Below, piece after piece: positions 51,001 through 59,289 of a stretch of 64,000 bases of DNA. Location of the stretch: positions 645 to 64,644 of the forward strand of contig CAYUUR010000002.1 in assembly GCA_964448075.1 (NCBI GenBank), given 5' to 3'. The notes beneath the pieces are model-generated. The model did no database searches. It was not told the origin of the DNA and saw nothing but the letters and a program-made list of their open reading frames with translations. Within the stretch, counting starts at the first letter, position 1. Each line of letters opens with the position of its first letter. Position numbers and translations under genes: made by a program. Source of the stretch: an uncultured Candidatus Saccharibacteria bacterium. Lineage in GTDB: Bacteria > Patescibacteriota > Saccharimonadia > Saccharimonadales > CAYUUR01.

Positions 51001-52665
51001 CTCGCTGGTTGGCGGCTTAATGTTCGTGTTCAATGAGCCATCGCCATTATTGTCATCTCTTTGACTGACTGATGGGTCAGTAATCGTTCCGCTGGTATCG
51101 GTTGAAGTTCCCGTCAAGCGAAGTGTTGGGTTGTAATAATACGTACTACCACCTGATTGCGTTCGGTAGACACGCATGGCGCTGACATTCTTGACACCAC
51201 CAAACGGCATTTCCTTCAGCGATATGCCATTTGAAGACGCTGCAAAGGTATTGCTAACTGGCCCGGCGGCAGTTTCACCCCACGGCGTCACATAGGTCAG
51301 AACATATGAATAGTTACCAGTGAGTGCGCCCGCTCCAGCTGAACCAACGAGCGGACCAACTTGTGGCGGTGCAATCGGCATTGGCGGAGCATACGTCAAT
51401 GATGTATCGGCTGTGTCATCTGTATAAGTTGTTGTTGTATTGTCAGCAATCTCAGTCAGGAACCTCCAGCCAGTCGTGACACCATCAACTTGCCGTGTGG
51501 TACGGTAGATCTTTCGTGATTTTGTACCTGCAGGACCGGTTGGTATAGCGGTCAGATCAACTTGTTTACTGGCTGGCGCAACACTACTACTGGTCGGGCC
51601 AGGCAAAGTTTCACCGGCGAACGTTGTGTACGTTACTACGTATGTATACGTTCCGTTCAAGTTACCTGCCGTTGCGCTTGCTGTTGCTGTCAGCGCAGAG
51701 GCTGGAGGATCCAGCGCTGCAACGATGTTACCACCTGCGTCTACCCGCCCCATTACCTCGCTTGAGCTGTTCAAGTATCGTTGCAAATCACCGGTCTGTG
51801 CCGCGCTATTGCCTTGGATAACGGAGACTATTTCTGAAGCACTCGTGCCCTGCACCTGCAGGCTTGCTGTTGGGGCAGCGTTGTTAATTCCAACACGCTT
51901 ATTAGTCGTATCAACGTCAAATATTGTTGCCGAACCGGCCGCGTTCTTTACCTGCAACGCTGTTACTGCGTCAGTCTGTGGTTTGAATAACAACGATCCA
52001 GCGTTATCTATAACGAGCACGTCGCTACCACCGCGTTGCAGTTGAAGTATGTCGCCGCTCGCTCCAGTTTTGTTTATTCCAATTGAGTCATTTGAGCTTG
52101 CATCGACCTGCAATGTACCTTGACCGAGCTGCACGATCTCGTCTTTCGTCAGTCCTCCTAAACGTTTAGCATTTTTTGCATATGGCGTTGCACTGAAACG
52201 CGTAAATGGAAGCATTTCGCCATCCCAAGATGGGCTACCGGTGCCGCCAACATCAATCGATAACCACAAGCTGTCCTGGTTCCAGTCGACATTAGTTGAA
52301 AATGCAGTTACTGAGCCAAGATACACAGAAAAGTAGCCATTTTTGACCCGTACCTTGTTAGTACTGTCCCTGGTTTCTGTCCATTCAAGTGTTCCACCAC
52401 AAGGTGATGAGCCTGAAACTTCACAGCCGTCACCATCTTGGTACACCTTAAAACGTAGGTTATAGAATCCATCGGGCACAACTGCACCAGTGTCATCAAG
52501 CAATCGAGCCTGAAAGTTAAGCTGTTCATTGATACCAGTAGAATTATAAGTTTTACTTCGGTAGAGCTGAGTGCTCACCGCTGATATGGCCAAAATCAGA
52601 GCAAGCACGCATATCTGCACTTTCCTACTCTTCCACCAGTGTTTTTTGAGCCGTATGTTGTTCAT
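42061..52665 (-). CDS. Giant (3534 aa) multidomain surface protein
   Basis: Signal/TM, three Ig-like repeats, SGNH domain (GDSITWG..GTNE..DGLHL), FN3, CBM4/9-like (NLxxNxxFE), LamG-like, and a C-terminal 'GADLAERF..GRVPVKV' intramolecular-chaperone-like domain. Confidence 0.85.
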   Translation of the reverse strand: MNNIRLKKHWWKSRKVQICVLALILAISAVSTQLYRSKTYNSTGINEQLNFQARLLDDTGAVVPDGFYNLRFKVYQDGDGCEVSGSSPCGGTLEWTETRDSTNKVRVKNGYFSVYLGSVTAFSTNVDWNQDSLWLSIDVGGTGSPSWDGEMLPFTRFSATPYAKNAKRLGGLTKDEIVQLGQGTLQVDASSNDSIGINKTGASGDILQLQRGGSDVLVIDNAGSLLFKPQTDAVTALQVKNAAGSATIFDVDTTNKRVGINNAAPTASLQVQGTSASEIVSVIQGNSAAQTGDLQRYLNSSSEVMGRVDAGGNIVAALDPPASALTATASATAGNLNGTYTYVVTYTTFAGETLPGPTSSSVAPASKQVDLTAIPTGPAGTKSRKIYRTTRQVDGVTTGWRFLTEIADNTTTTYTDDTADTSLTYAPPMPIAPPQVGPLVGSAGAGALTGNYSYVLTYVTPWGETAAGPVSNTFAASSNGISLKEMPFGGVKNVSAMRVYRTQSGGSTYYYNPTLRLTGTSTDTSGTITDPSVSQRDDNNGDGSLNTNIKPPTSENTSNRPAAPSASLITSAGNLTQNLKYVWAYSYVNASGAESALSTMSGTVTPDGTGQQASLTSISAGPPGTVARKIYRSFLTPQNNILAQPINDNVTGPFMLVGTIANNSTTTYTDNTADNQLTVNRPQKTGFVGAGIITNNIKLAAPQGTPPITVTSTALVENLNVEYLGGNDQQGIKDFTYNIDESLKHFRGALANANSEAVVVNFIGDSITWGLAGSDRAVKSTPALVEKALKEKYGDGGTGFQKPYDNRLFTQGSYGSYALGNGGAAGGALLVCNTVSGLAELTINFRGNNLAIQYTESSFIGLDSFYYSVDGGAATGTVTTNGATLSYGNRVNVADLDPQKTHTLSITVPDDGNGGNGYECINLEGIDATFDTGIRVNNMATSSTYTHGTFNAYDSAIGVFDPRPDLVVFAYGTNEQGTNTTPQGFKESYQKWIGQAKASSDPADCVLIIPAPQTGDDTSVFGVQSYRDVIYQLADENGCGILDLWRKWGGDFSWAESEGFYNNGAGGAGTMDGLHLSDKGNADVASSLIGFLDRGVKLNNTLTVDTSYTQYGGSFSITELAAPSNFRQVSNAEVPDGTLTSGNTFRYRVTAINTSGESNPSDEKVFTVTTGNALTADNIVGMTWNTVPGATKYRVYRCPSANCISGTSLSQYVEVTRSSLVDDGTLSWVTNSAPPSSTGNSSFSGALLQGTSSSALSVANSEGDSVIKVDTSVNQFNLISNSGFEAGDSSNLMNNPSFETDSGNWVAKGAGSIGYDGTYVYDKSKSMVLTTTAAANDGAKYNMTLPNSTAYELTFWARTVAGSGSVLAAGYANDGSTESNCTLNSSSISTTWAQYHCIVTTTTVSGTPYLYIKQTDATARYIVVDKVSFKAVTAPSGWQVKGSTSRVHQTDAQRYSGAQSMKFDTTAVSGDGVKYPITLTSSTTYSLSFNVRTSVLLNGTLGAGYASDGSTESDCFATGFAYTTGWTRATCTFTTGTVSGNPYLYIEQNSATARSVYIDAISLTAGSTALSYTAGTLAFSGAIDTALLIRPRDDTTTAFEIQNAAGTPLFTADTLSSRVAVDGALYVGDPGLISILTTALEVRENFTSARDCLFGCYGGYIGATITNPTNPTSVVGLRVAAATGAATFTVPTAYGLYVDGVSEGAGSTITTAYSLFVGGNTAAGSNYTAALGASSTQTLWIANDQADPTTSAAGIAFGTSRDTNLYRGAANQLKTDDALNLVSTASSALLVQSASAAETVMTVDTATRSGSGGNRVKIGNSTGTDTATTILQLDGTTADPTSNLSALSGGLFYDSTLNKVKIIENGVVKTVCNTTDAGCGAGGSGARLDQVTAATTGASINNAANNVVWNWQLTAAESGFTFTENAASTGGGAQDQFITDIATLSGSTASPLRVTSASVDAADIVYNLASAGDIEFQDNGTAFMTLSDTGAYSYTLDATDNPAYTITNNGSGNVVTNLAGTGDYIIQDNGTTVFTIADNGKIDTAFTSTNTTAADDYSLKVSVSDTGIVTTGTDNTYGQQLVVARSGATGGTINTFGLDLTVSGDNAGTGTSTVKGINVLAGGNAFGSADYIYGLSGGVIGVAGGDVVKAVGVSGAVSSVFFGGTMTDAYALEGGIGMAGGGTVTTAAGLQINSATVSGATIANNYGIRVAAQSVGSTDYGVRIDAADTQTLWLSGNADNTTASAGIAFGSSRDTNLYRSGVATLKTDGTFQVGSATSPGQIDLYGDLVKKGISKQTGLTGISDIFVYDTTKDSDVGAWTDSPTSRALSWYSESKNDGYGDACNIASDTRCGSSAFPKKAIIVSTSSAVYIFDANDYKMFMKFNQNASGYAIGVDTNNDPSSVFALNGVVYVGANGSAAGGLYAIDFTSDRLFNYNTTDRDQGDKNIANRNTAVTYNIDSRTAMAIRHNAVNAVHGSVLYGSSSVETNGGPLNGATFIAAATDDSMSVINLSAQQTLDFGDNLTDQFSSVYVTKRGRLYGLNVTLSQVERYGTQANGTVGIDVAKADQATPTDVFDEQAANLPHVANGAAAPTFAVGAPDALKVMERASMADDAADLIYVGHSAGLTEVHDTNTASGTSIGWSKNYNISRETGYMSGTQRGMFSFDNLSGDLTDATIRNSVLEPEVAPTYGVNGVHGTGLRFNGTSQFLCSDANNDGTCDTDADFNVAAISFHVEAWFKHSATVTGTDVLIDKRYSAFAGTEGIGYTVEMNSSGQIVFGIQDTAATAGYDDSVTSTQTYNDNQWHHVVALNTDTGICLYLDGKLAVGCDTTLGATGTLDASQILTIGADASGAAGGNFWDGDIDDVYFASGGATTSDTLSQAQIRKRYLEGRSALAKPSTVVSAATTSSSTTIGDSGESYVTNAFVGSMVEITGGTGAGQSRRVIANDGTTLTVSPAWTVTPSTDSNYEVVPEKLYGDTNTVTSIALNNSNFLGTNPDLYVGTSNGSDGGAVSVFGGYGNSFISNLYHSDAGVTDTTSTSWSGTDADDIDAFSVESGVVAMGSSANVWFEKFDRNLEQDVDKFFSNVSSIRGELIVDGMAGVSSEVGGVGGADLAERFTSFESLTAGEIVSSEDNNVGVVRRTSQPYDDKALGIVATQPGIVIGPQEDNSYPIALSGRVPVKVALKPNEKIKSGDRITSSSIPGHGMKAVAAGRVVGVALEDVNPDTLIDCPEGSPDNLRCTTITVFVNLVDYSGQKVEVAMEEFQDSGFTLPDTVLGPLVNLQEGVLDEKLQKSDEIIRYLLGRKQQQVATDEPQSEILADRVSALEVNGLSIIAKDITADSIKANKIEGLEILVGKLTGKPTTGTNTSTTTGTVTPAIDMDNFIVKTATVSKDLTIDGVLFANGALEVAGPVKFLGASIFYRLATFVDTVIFQKDVQIEGRLTQNNDSAGFATIYKTQKKVKIEFEKPYEDTPVVTVNIKNGKFTQFAYDDLDEEGFTIILSEDATEDIEFAWTAVSVKDAKTVDVPLQSQN

Positions 52666-52747
52666 GTTTGTCTACGTTTAAACGTAACCACATTGTAACT
52701 TGCTCACCCCTTAAGCACAAGGGAAACACCCCTGTTATTGAAATAGG

Positions 52748-52756
52748 TTATCCACA
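52748..52756 (+). promoter_or_regulatory. Perfect DnaA box
   Basis: TTATCCACA in the intergenic region upstream of the giant gene. Confidence 0.45.
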
Positions 52757-52813
52757 GGTAAATGTCGTATACATTATTTGTTCGATTTGTAAATTTTGAA
52801 CATTTCTGCGGTT

Positions 52814-53890
52814 TTAGCGAACAACACCTTTAACAATTAAACTGATTGCGATCTTCTCTCCGATCCAAAAACTAAATGTCATTATTGTAACGAGTGCAAA
52901 AGCTGGCCATACCCTATTTGCGCCATCAACAATTTGGTTCTGAAAGATACAAACCGCATCCAACTGACAGCGCTGAGTTAGATTACCTGTTGCAGAAAGG
53001 TTTACTGCCGTCTTACCATCAACGACAACAACCGTCTGAAAGATAGCGCTACTACCACTTGCATCTGTTACGGCAATCTTGACCTCGTACTGACCTGATG
53101 TCTTATAGGTGTGCTTTATTCGCTGATCGCCACCCCCAGAAAACGTAAGCTTTGAGGTTTCACCGTCACCCCAGTCAACCGTAACATCGTACGGCGCTTG
53201 GCCTTTTTGGATACGAAACGTCAGAACCACCGTCTTTGTCGACTGGCTCACACGAAAGAAATTCTTGCTTTTGATAGTAACGCTGGATGTATTTACGACT
53301 GGGGTTTGGCTATTCTGATTGTTCGGCGCAACGGGTTCTGGCTCGACTGTCGGCTCAATTGTCGTGTCGTAAAATACAGTTATCGTAGTGGAGTCTGGTC
53401 CATATTGGTTAAAGATATCTGTAGTCCGAACAAGTAAAACATTACTACCGGGAACCAAACTGACGCCTATCTCATACAACCCATTTGAGTCACAGGTAAC
53501 AGAACCTGCCAATACTGCATTACGGTACACTTCAACGATATAGTCGTGTTCACAAGATCCTGATACGGTAACCAACGCCGAGGTTACCGTAGCGTTACTA
53601 GTTGGTGAACTAATCGTCGCAGGAATACTCGGTGGCGGCCCTGGTACTACCCCACTCAAAGTAACACTGCCAGAATCTGTCACGGTCTGACCACTTACGA
53701 CAACGTGCCGAATAAGAAAAACACTAAGCGCAGAAAGAACAATCAGAAAGAACAGTAACGCGTAAGATGTCTCATGGAATGCTATTCTTTTGCCGGTATG
53801 CCTACGGTGACTGACGTGAATTGGGCGGCGTTTTTTCTGAGACGACGCTTTGACGATACTCGCGCTACGCTTGGTTGCCTTTTTTGCCAT
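52814..53890 (-). CDS. Surface protein with Ig-like and PKD domains, TM at both ends
   Basis: TISSP..VSGSC Ig domain and VDWGDG..HTY..SGQY PKD motif. ATG at 53890 (MAKK) is the likely start. Confidence 0.75.
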   Translation of the reverse strand: MAKKATKRSASIVKASSQKKRRPIHVSHRRHTGKRIAFHETSYALLFFLIVLSALSVFLIRHVVVSGQTVTDSGSVTLSGVVPGPPPSIPATISSPTSNATVTSALVTVSGSCEHDYIVEVYRNAVLAGSVTCDSNGLYEIGVSLVPGSNVLLVRTTDIFNQYGPDSTTITVFYDTTIEPTVEPEPVAPNNQNSQTPVVNTSSVTIKSKNFFRVSQSTKTVVLTFRIQKGQAPYDVTVDWGDGETSKLTFSGGGDQRIKHTYKTSGQYEVKIAVTDASGSSAIFQTVVVVDGKTAVNLSATGNLTQRCQLDAVCIFQNQIVDGANRVWPAFALVTIMTFSFWIGEKIAISLIVKGVVR

Positions 53891-54842
53891 CGCGCTTTCG
53901 CCCACTTTTACCTTGTGCTTTATTGACGATGTATTGGTTGTAGCGTTTGACGAAAATCACCAGCAACAGCACACCGCCAAGGAAGATAGCAATCAACTTG
54001 TATGGGATAACCCAGAAAGTCATTGAATCTGAGACGATGTTGTTTTTCTCTCCGTAAACGACGTCAGCCTGAACCGTATAGCGGCCAAAAAGTAGCTTGT
54101 TGCTCAATTCTTGCTCAAATTTTCGAGTACTTCCTGGTAATACATTTCCGCCGTTTTCATTGAGAGAGAACGTCTCTACTTCACGTCCGAAGATATTGCT
54201 GACCCGTACGGTACCTGAGGGTTTAAAGAACACGTTGCCAGTGTTTTTGATTCTCTCTGTTATCATAACCGGGCCGTATTCAAATATGCTGCGTCTCTTA
54301 CCATTTTGAGAAGTGAACAATTCACTTACTTCTGCACTTTCCGTAGTATTGCCCGAAACATTCACAAGCATCAACGTTCCGACACTTGCAGATAGTGAGA
54401 CTCCTGTGTCTTCAAGTTCTGGAGGTGTTCCTGTAAAACGAATGACCCCAAAATGACCTCCCGGACTGGCATTGTCAGGAACCCGCAATGTTACTTTAAC
54501 TGATTTTTGCTCACCTGTTTTAAGGGTGATTGTTGGGATTGAAACGATCCAAGATTTAATCGAGTATGGGCTTTCCTCATCCGCATCTAACAGTAACTTC
54601 GGCTGACCATCTTCACCATTGGCGACAAAGTCATTGACCTGTGCCTTTATCACGAGTGAATCTTGCGTGACATTGCGAACACGAATGGTTGAATTAATTA
54701 CCTTGCCTGGATCGGCCTTTAGTTCAATCAGCGGAGGAGAAATCTCCAGACCCTGCCCACTTTGGGCATGACCAATATTGGGAGCCACAAACAGTAGTAA
54801 CAAGATAGAAGCACTTGCAACAATACTCAACACTCTCTTCAT
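53865..54842 (-). CDS. DUF916/WxL-interacting-like protein
   Basis: GLEISPP, VPDNASPGGHFG, NTGNVF.P.G, VLPGSTR, FGRY, FWVIP plus TM. SD-preceded ATG at 54842. Confidence 0.75.
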   Translation of the reverse strand: MKRVLSIVASASILLLLFVAPNIGHAQSGQGLEISPPLIELKADPGKVINSTIRVRNVTQDSLVIKAQVNDFVANGEDGQPKLLLDADEESPYSIKSWIVSIPTITLKTGEQKSVKVTLRVPDNASPGGHFGVIRFTGTPPELEDTGVSLSASVGTLMLVNVSGNTTESAEVSELFTSQNGKRRSIFEYGPVMITERIKNTGNVFFKPSGTVRVSNIFGREVETFSLNENGGNVLPGSTRKFEQELSNKLLFGRYTVQADVVYGEKNNIVSDSMTFWVIPYKLIAIFLGGVLLLVIFVKRYNQYIVNKAQGKSGRKRDGKKGNQA

Positions 54843-54897
54843 ACTAGCCGATGTCCCTCTTCCCCAAATTCTCATTGATAACAGTATATCAGATTAA

Positions 54898-55974
54898 CTA
54901 GAAGGTTGCGGTTGCAATATACGTCATAGTTGCAGTATATGTACCGGCCTCTGTTGCTGTATCGATATTGGCAATATAGGCTACCTGATAGCGACGAAAT
55001 GACTCAGATGTTCCCTTGCTCGCAACACTATCAGCCGTAACAAAACGGAACTGATCAACAGTGTTATAGGACGCAGTTGGCGTACCCGAGCCAGCACCGT
55101 CAGGGTCTGCACCAATATTAGGGGTAGCGTTGTCGCGCAGGTTGATTCCAAATTGTTCAGTTCCGGTTGTTGACGCAGTTTGAGAGGCAAGCGCCGAAAT
55201 CGTATTACCACCCGAGGTGAGCGTTGCGCCATTAACCGTAATCGCATAACCGCTTCCTCCGTTTGTACCTACGCCCATTTGCGACAAACCAGTACCGGTA
55301 GTGCTTGGTGTCAATGTACCAAGAGATACTGCAGAACCAGTCGCGCCAGAACAACTACTGGTTGTAATGCCGCTCGTGCCAGTACAGAACGTAAGTGTCT
55401 CGTCAACGGTAGCACTCACAGTGATCTGTTGCGCAGTACTCGCAGCAACAACACCGGTATCAACACTTGTTGTCCATGCAGCATCGGAGAACGTACTAAT
55501 ACGGGCGAAGAATGTGGTGTTTTGAGCTGTTGGGTTGGTGATTCCACCAAAGACAACCGTTTGTGAGCCAGTTGGTGCAGCAACGTTACCACTCTTAGAG
55601 ATACGCAGGCTACCCGCTGTGGAGGTGTTAACCGTCCAGCCGGTAGCATCACCAAGGTTGGTTGGCTGTGAAGCAAGTGTTGAACTAGAGTTAACAAAAC
55701 CAGAAGGAGTGGAACATGCGCCTGAGGCTGTCGTACAAATCTGGGCTTGCATTGATTGGAGTACAGTCGCAGATGGTACGGTAAAGTTAAATGTATACGT
55801 AACGCCCGTGCCCGCTCCGGCGGAGTTTGAAAGAGTAACTTTACGTGCGGTTATTTGGGCTGCAGAGACCTGCGCGTTAAAGACAGACTGGAGCGCAAAA
55901 ACAGCTAAAAAAACAGCTATCAACAGATACGTTACTTGCTGAACTTTCTGCTGTGCGTAAATGGTTTTTGACAT
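54898..55974 (-). CDS. Secreted WxL-like surface protein
   Basis: Signal peptide, Ser/Thr-rich, GTEQFGINL, C-terminal 'AGTYTATMTYIATATF'. Confidence 0.72.
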   Translation of the reverse strand: MSKTIYAQQKVQQVTYLLIAVFLAVFALQSVFNAQVSAAQITARKVTLSNSAGAGTGVTYTFNFTVPSATVLQSMQAQICTTASGACSTPSGFVNSSSTLASQPTNLGDATGWTVNTSTAGSLRISKSGNVAAPTGSQTVVFGGITNPTAQNTTFFARISTFSDAAWTTSVDTGVVAASTAQQITVSATVDETLTFCTGTSGITTSSCSGATGSAVSLGTLTPSTTGTGLSQMGVGTNGGSGYAITVNGATLTSGGNTISALASQTASTTGTEQFGINLRDNATPNIGADPDGAGSGTPTASYNTVDQFRFVTADSVASKGTSESFRRYQVAYIANIDTATEAGTYTATMTYIATATF

Positions 55975-56040
55975 GTTTGATTATTACCTTAAGTACTTTG
56001 CTAAATTGTACTATACATTATAAGCATAAACAACAATTTT

Positions 56041-56775
56041 CTAGTATGTGCCGATACAGACGAGCGTTTGTTCACCACTGTATGTACCGCCAGCCGTAGT
56101 GTTAGCGGCGTTTATGATGTAGGACATCGTGTACTCAGTGAGGCCAGAGCTCGCTGCAGCCGAAGCTATTGTCTCACCAGCAACATACCGAAAGTTGTTG
56201 GCGGTATTGTAGTTACTAGCTGCTGCCCCGGATGAGAAACTGCTATCCGGCGTCTGTTCAGGGTTGTCGCCAAACGTTGTTGGCGAAGTATTGGCAACAA
56301 GATTGATGCCAAATTGCTCAGTACCGGGTACTGAAGGTCCGGTTGAGTTCATGCCGGCCAGCGTGTAAGCGCCTGTACTAGGTGGACTGCCGACTATTTG
56401 CACGATGTATCCGTATGACGTGTAATTAAGAACACTGAATGTTGCGGTGGCGGTGGCGGCGACTGAGGTGGAAAGAGCACCGAAGTTAACATTTGCGGTA
56501 TCAACTGTACAGCTCAGCGATGGATCGTTAGTCGATATTGGACCACTGTCCGCTTTGTAACTGGTTGAACCACTCGGCCCACCACCAACACCATTCACAG
56601 CTTGTTGACCCGGTGCAGTACCATAGTTAGTGGAATTGCTCTCGAGGCTACCGCCTGGCCCCACAAATGACTCTTCGATCTGGAAGTTACTCGACGAACT
56701 CTGCGCCACGACCAAACCAACAGATAGATTAATAGCAGCAACAACGATGCCCAAATAGATCAATACCCTCTTCAT
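56041..56775 (-). CDS. Secreted WxL-like surface protein (paralogous C-terminal domain)
   Basis: GTEQFGINL and 'GGTYSGEQTLVCIGTY'; shares its C-terminal domain with 54898-55974. Confidence 0.72.
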   Translation of the reverse strand: MKRVLIYLGIVVAAINLSVGLVVAQSSSSNFQIEESFVGPGGSLESNSTNYGTAPGQQAVNGVGGGPSGSTSYKADSGPISTNDPSLSCTVDTANVNFGALSTSVAATATATFSVLNYTSYGYIVQIVGSPPSTGAYTLAGMNSTGPSVPGTEQFGINLVANTSPTTFGDNPEQTPDSSFSSGAAASNYNTANNFRYVAGETIASAAASSGLTEYTMSYIINAANTTAGGTYSGEQTLVCIGTY

Positions 56776-56827
56776 CTGCATCTATTATACGGATTGTACC
56801 AAACCAGCGCAAAGCGCTTATGGCTAA

Positions 56828-57880
56828 CTATTTATCGATTGAAACGTAGACTTGCGCGGCCTGCTTGTCTTTGAGGTCATTGATATACGTAGAGAGGTCT
56901 TTAAAATTAAAGACGATGTGAGCCCCTTCTACCTTGTCATCGTTTTTGCTAAGTGTCTTCACGATCTCAAGGCTGTAACCAGTGTTGATGATTTCGGAAA
57001 CTTCGCCGGGATTTAGCCGAAACAGCGCATCGGTGGTCTGTGCACTGATGTCCCGGTTAGCCTTATCAATCGTAAAACCAAACTTGCCGCCACGTGCCTT
57101 ACTGACATCATCCTCAGAATACTGCTTGGCAACGTCTTCGAACTTCTGCCCAGACTTCACGAGTGCAAAGGCCTTCTCGGCACGTTGGTTGGTGTCCGTA
57201 TCGATCGCGGCGATTACCTTTTGTTCAAGCAAGCGCTGCTTAATCACGCGCCTGAAGTCATTAACTGTCCAGCCAAAGTTCTGTTTCAAGGCGTCTTCAT
57301 AGGCTTGTTCGCTACCGCCTAGTCTGTTCTGACGACGCAAGATTGTTATCTGGTCGTCAACTTCGGCGTTACTGACAGAAACATTGTTCTGCTTGGCGAG
57401 TTCTTTGACGTAGGCGTCATTCACTACCTTGTCGAGTGCGCGCTTTTTATACTCAGTGAGCTGTTGTTGGCCAGCCTCAGAGTTAAAGTCCAGTTTCTGC
57501 TGGTTTTCGTAAAAGAACGTGTAATGACGGAGTTCAAACAGATAGTTTTCGTATGCCACGAAGCGTGAGCCAGTCTTTGCAACCGGAAACGGCACCACCT
57601 GAGTAACGCGGTAAATAAAGCCTGACGTCGTGTCAAACCGGTACAGTGCAGCTAGACAGTAAGCAAAGAATACGACAGCCAAACTAATGATGATACCCGT
57701 AGATATCAAAACAATACGATGTTTTGAATGCTGCAGTGGGTAGATGTACTTACGGGCACTGCCAAGCACCTCTTCGCGGTGGGCCGCAACGGTCTCGTTT
57801 GTAATCTTGGGCGCCGCAGTAGATTCAGCTGCAGGAGCCTGTTTTTTGCGATTTAGTATTTTTTTAATTCTCTTCTTCAT
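56828..57880 (-). CDS. PrsA/SurA-like parvulin foldase
   Basis: SurA-N-like region, FEDVAKQYSED, GGKFG, LNPGEVSEII. Confidence 0.85.
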   Translation of the reverse strand: MKKRIKKILNRKKQAPAAESTAAPKITNETVAAHREEVLGSARKYIYPLQHSKHRIVLISTGIIISLAVVFFAYCLAALYRFDTTSGFIYRVTQVVPFPVAKTGSRFVAYENYLFELRHYTFFYENQQKLDFNSEAGQQQLTEYKKRALDKVVNDAYVKELAKQNNVSVSNAEVDDQITILRRQNRLGGSEQAYEDALKQNFGWTVNDFRRVIKQRLLEQKVIAAIDTDTNQRAEKAFALVKSGQKFEDVAKQYSEDDVSKARGGKFGFTIDKANRDISAQTTDALFRLNPGEVSEIINTGYSLEIVKTLSKNDDKVEGAHIVFNFKDLSTYINDLKDKQAAQVYVSIDK

Positions 57881-58442
57881 AAGCCTCGTCATCAGTACCG
57901 TATTCATTTTGCATATACGGCTCAACCCCATGCTCTCGCAAAATCTCAGCTATCTGTTTCTGAATCTTTGCGGGATGATGGATGTCTTTTACTACTAAAT
58001 CTCCAATATAAGTTTGTATAAGTATTGTACCAAATCCCAGCATGGTTTCCTGTAATCCGGCAATTTCGTAGTTCAGTGATTTTATCTGCTGCAGACTGAT
58101 GTCTACGACTGACTTATGGAACAGGCCTTTCTGGCTAACCTGAATAAAACGCTGGTCAGTAACTATGAATACACTGAAGTACCAGCTAATCCACGCCGGC
58201 ATAAACAAGACAATCATCAGGATGAACCCGGCAGCTAAACCACCAAAAAAATAGCTATACTCAGGCTTTACCAGCGCTGGGAGCGTTCCTAGAAGCAAGC
58301 CAATCATACCTAGTACCAGACCCTTACGCATAACCACTGGGTGGCGGCGAAAAACCAAAAGAACCTCCTCGTCATCAAACTGATCATCGAAGTATTTAGC
58401 TTTTTGTGGTACTGCGTTCGCCTGCTTGGCTGTTTTTGCCAT
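57864..58442 (-). CDS. Bacterial PH-domain (bPH_2) membrane protein
   Basis: EEVLLVFRRH, 2 TMs, IVTDQR..QKGLF, GFGTILIQT, IHHP. Confidence 0.8.
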   Translation of the reverse strand: MAKTAKQANAVPQKAKYFDDQFDDEEVLLVFRRHPVVMRKGLVLGMIGLLLGTLPALVKPEYSYFFGGLAAGFILMIVLFMPAWISWYFSVFIVTDQRFIQVSQKGLFHKSVVDISLQQIKSLNYEIAGLQETMLGFGTILIQTYIGDLVVKDIHHPAKIQKQIAEILREHGVEPYMQNEYGTDDEAYEEEN

Positions 58443-58480
58443 AGCATTAGCGTAATTGTTTTTGTACAAATAGTCTACTT

Positions 58481-58557
58481 TGGTGACCCGGGAGGGATTC
58501 GAACCCCCGACGCCCGCCTTAGGACGGCGGCGCTCTATCCAGCTGAGCTACCGGGCC
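58481..58557 (-). tRNA. tRNA-Arg(CCT)
   Basis: GGCCCGG/CCGGGTC acceptor, CCGCC-GTCCTAA-GGCGG anticodon arm, CCA. Confidence 0.92.
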
Positions 58558-58619
58558 ACGTAACTAAATTGTAGTCCATACACGTCACTAGCGGTAGTAG
58601 CCTGCGCTGCATGTTTTAT

Positions 58620-59177
58620 CTAAGCGTGCGTAAGGCCTTCATGGACTGTGGTGTAGTCAAACTGTTCACTCTCGTCAAACCACATGCTAATCTCTTGCTT
58701 TGCTTCGTCAACAGAGCCTGAGGCATGCACCAAGTTTGCTGCACCTTTCCTCTTAAGTGAAGCCCTACCGAGACTCAAGTGCGCATAATCGCCACGGATA
58801 GTTCCTGGGGCTGAATCTTTAGGTCCAGTACTTCCGACCATCTTCCGTACAACTTCTACGGCGTGGCCACCCTCCAAGACTAGCGCAATCACAGGAGCAC
58901 TGTGCATATACTGACGAGTTGCCGTAACGATCATTTCACCAATTTCTTCAATCGTCTCGCTGTATTCAACACCATAACTATCCCAATCAGTTTTTGTTTT
59001 GCCACCAACAATCGGCACTAAGTCATCGGGGTAGTGTTTCTTAAGGAGTTCCATCCCCGGAATCATCATCTTCATGCTCACAATCTTTAGTCCTGCTCGC
59101 TCAAACCGCGCAATAATTTCTCCTGCAAGTCCGCGTTGTACTGCATCTGGTTTGAGTATTACTAATGTTCGTTCCAT
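58620..59177 (-). CDS. ndk: Nucleoside diphosphate kinase
   Basis: ERTLVILKPDAVQRGL, PGTIRGDY, NLVHASGS. Confidence 0.95.
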   Translation of the reverse strand: MERTLVILKPDAVQRGLAGEIIARFERAGLKIVSMKMMIPGMELLKKHYPDDLVPIVGGKTKTDWDSYGVEYSETIEEIGEMIVTATRQYMHSAPVIALVLEGGHAVEVVRKMVGSTGPKDSAPGTIRGDYAHLSLGRASLKRKGAANLVHASGSVDEAKQEISMWFDESEQFDYTTVHEGLTHA

Positions 59178-59289
59178 GAGTTCCCTTCGCTTAGATCTAC
59201 TACTAAAGGCACATTCTAACAGATGTGAAGCCGCTTAACAAACCATTGCCAAGCGACAGCAGCGCAAACGTGTCGTACAATATAAGCAT

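Noticed and set aside
42422-52529. Many antisense and alternate-frame ORFs within the giant gene and other long genes
   Set aside because: These are shadow ORFs from codon bias and carry no motifs.
52762-52795. dif site (ATAATGTATA on the minus strand)
   Set aside because: The XerD arm TTATGTTAAAT is absent.
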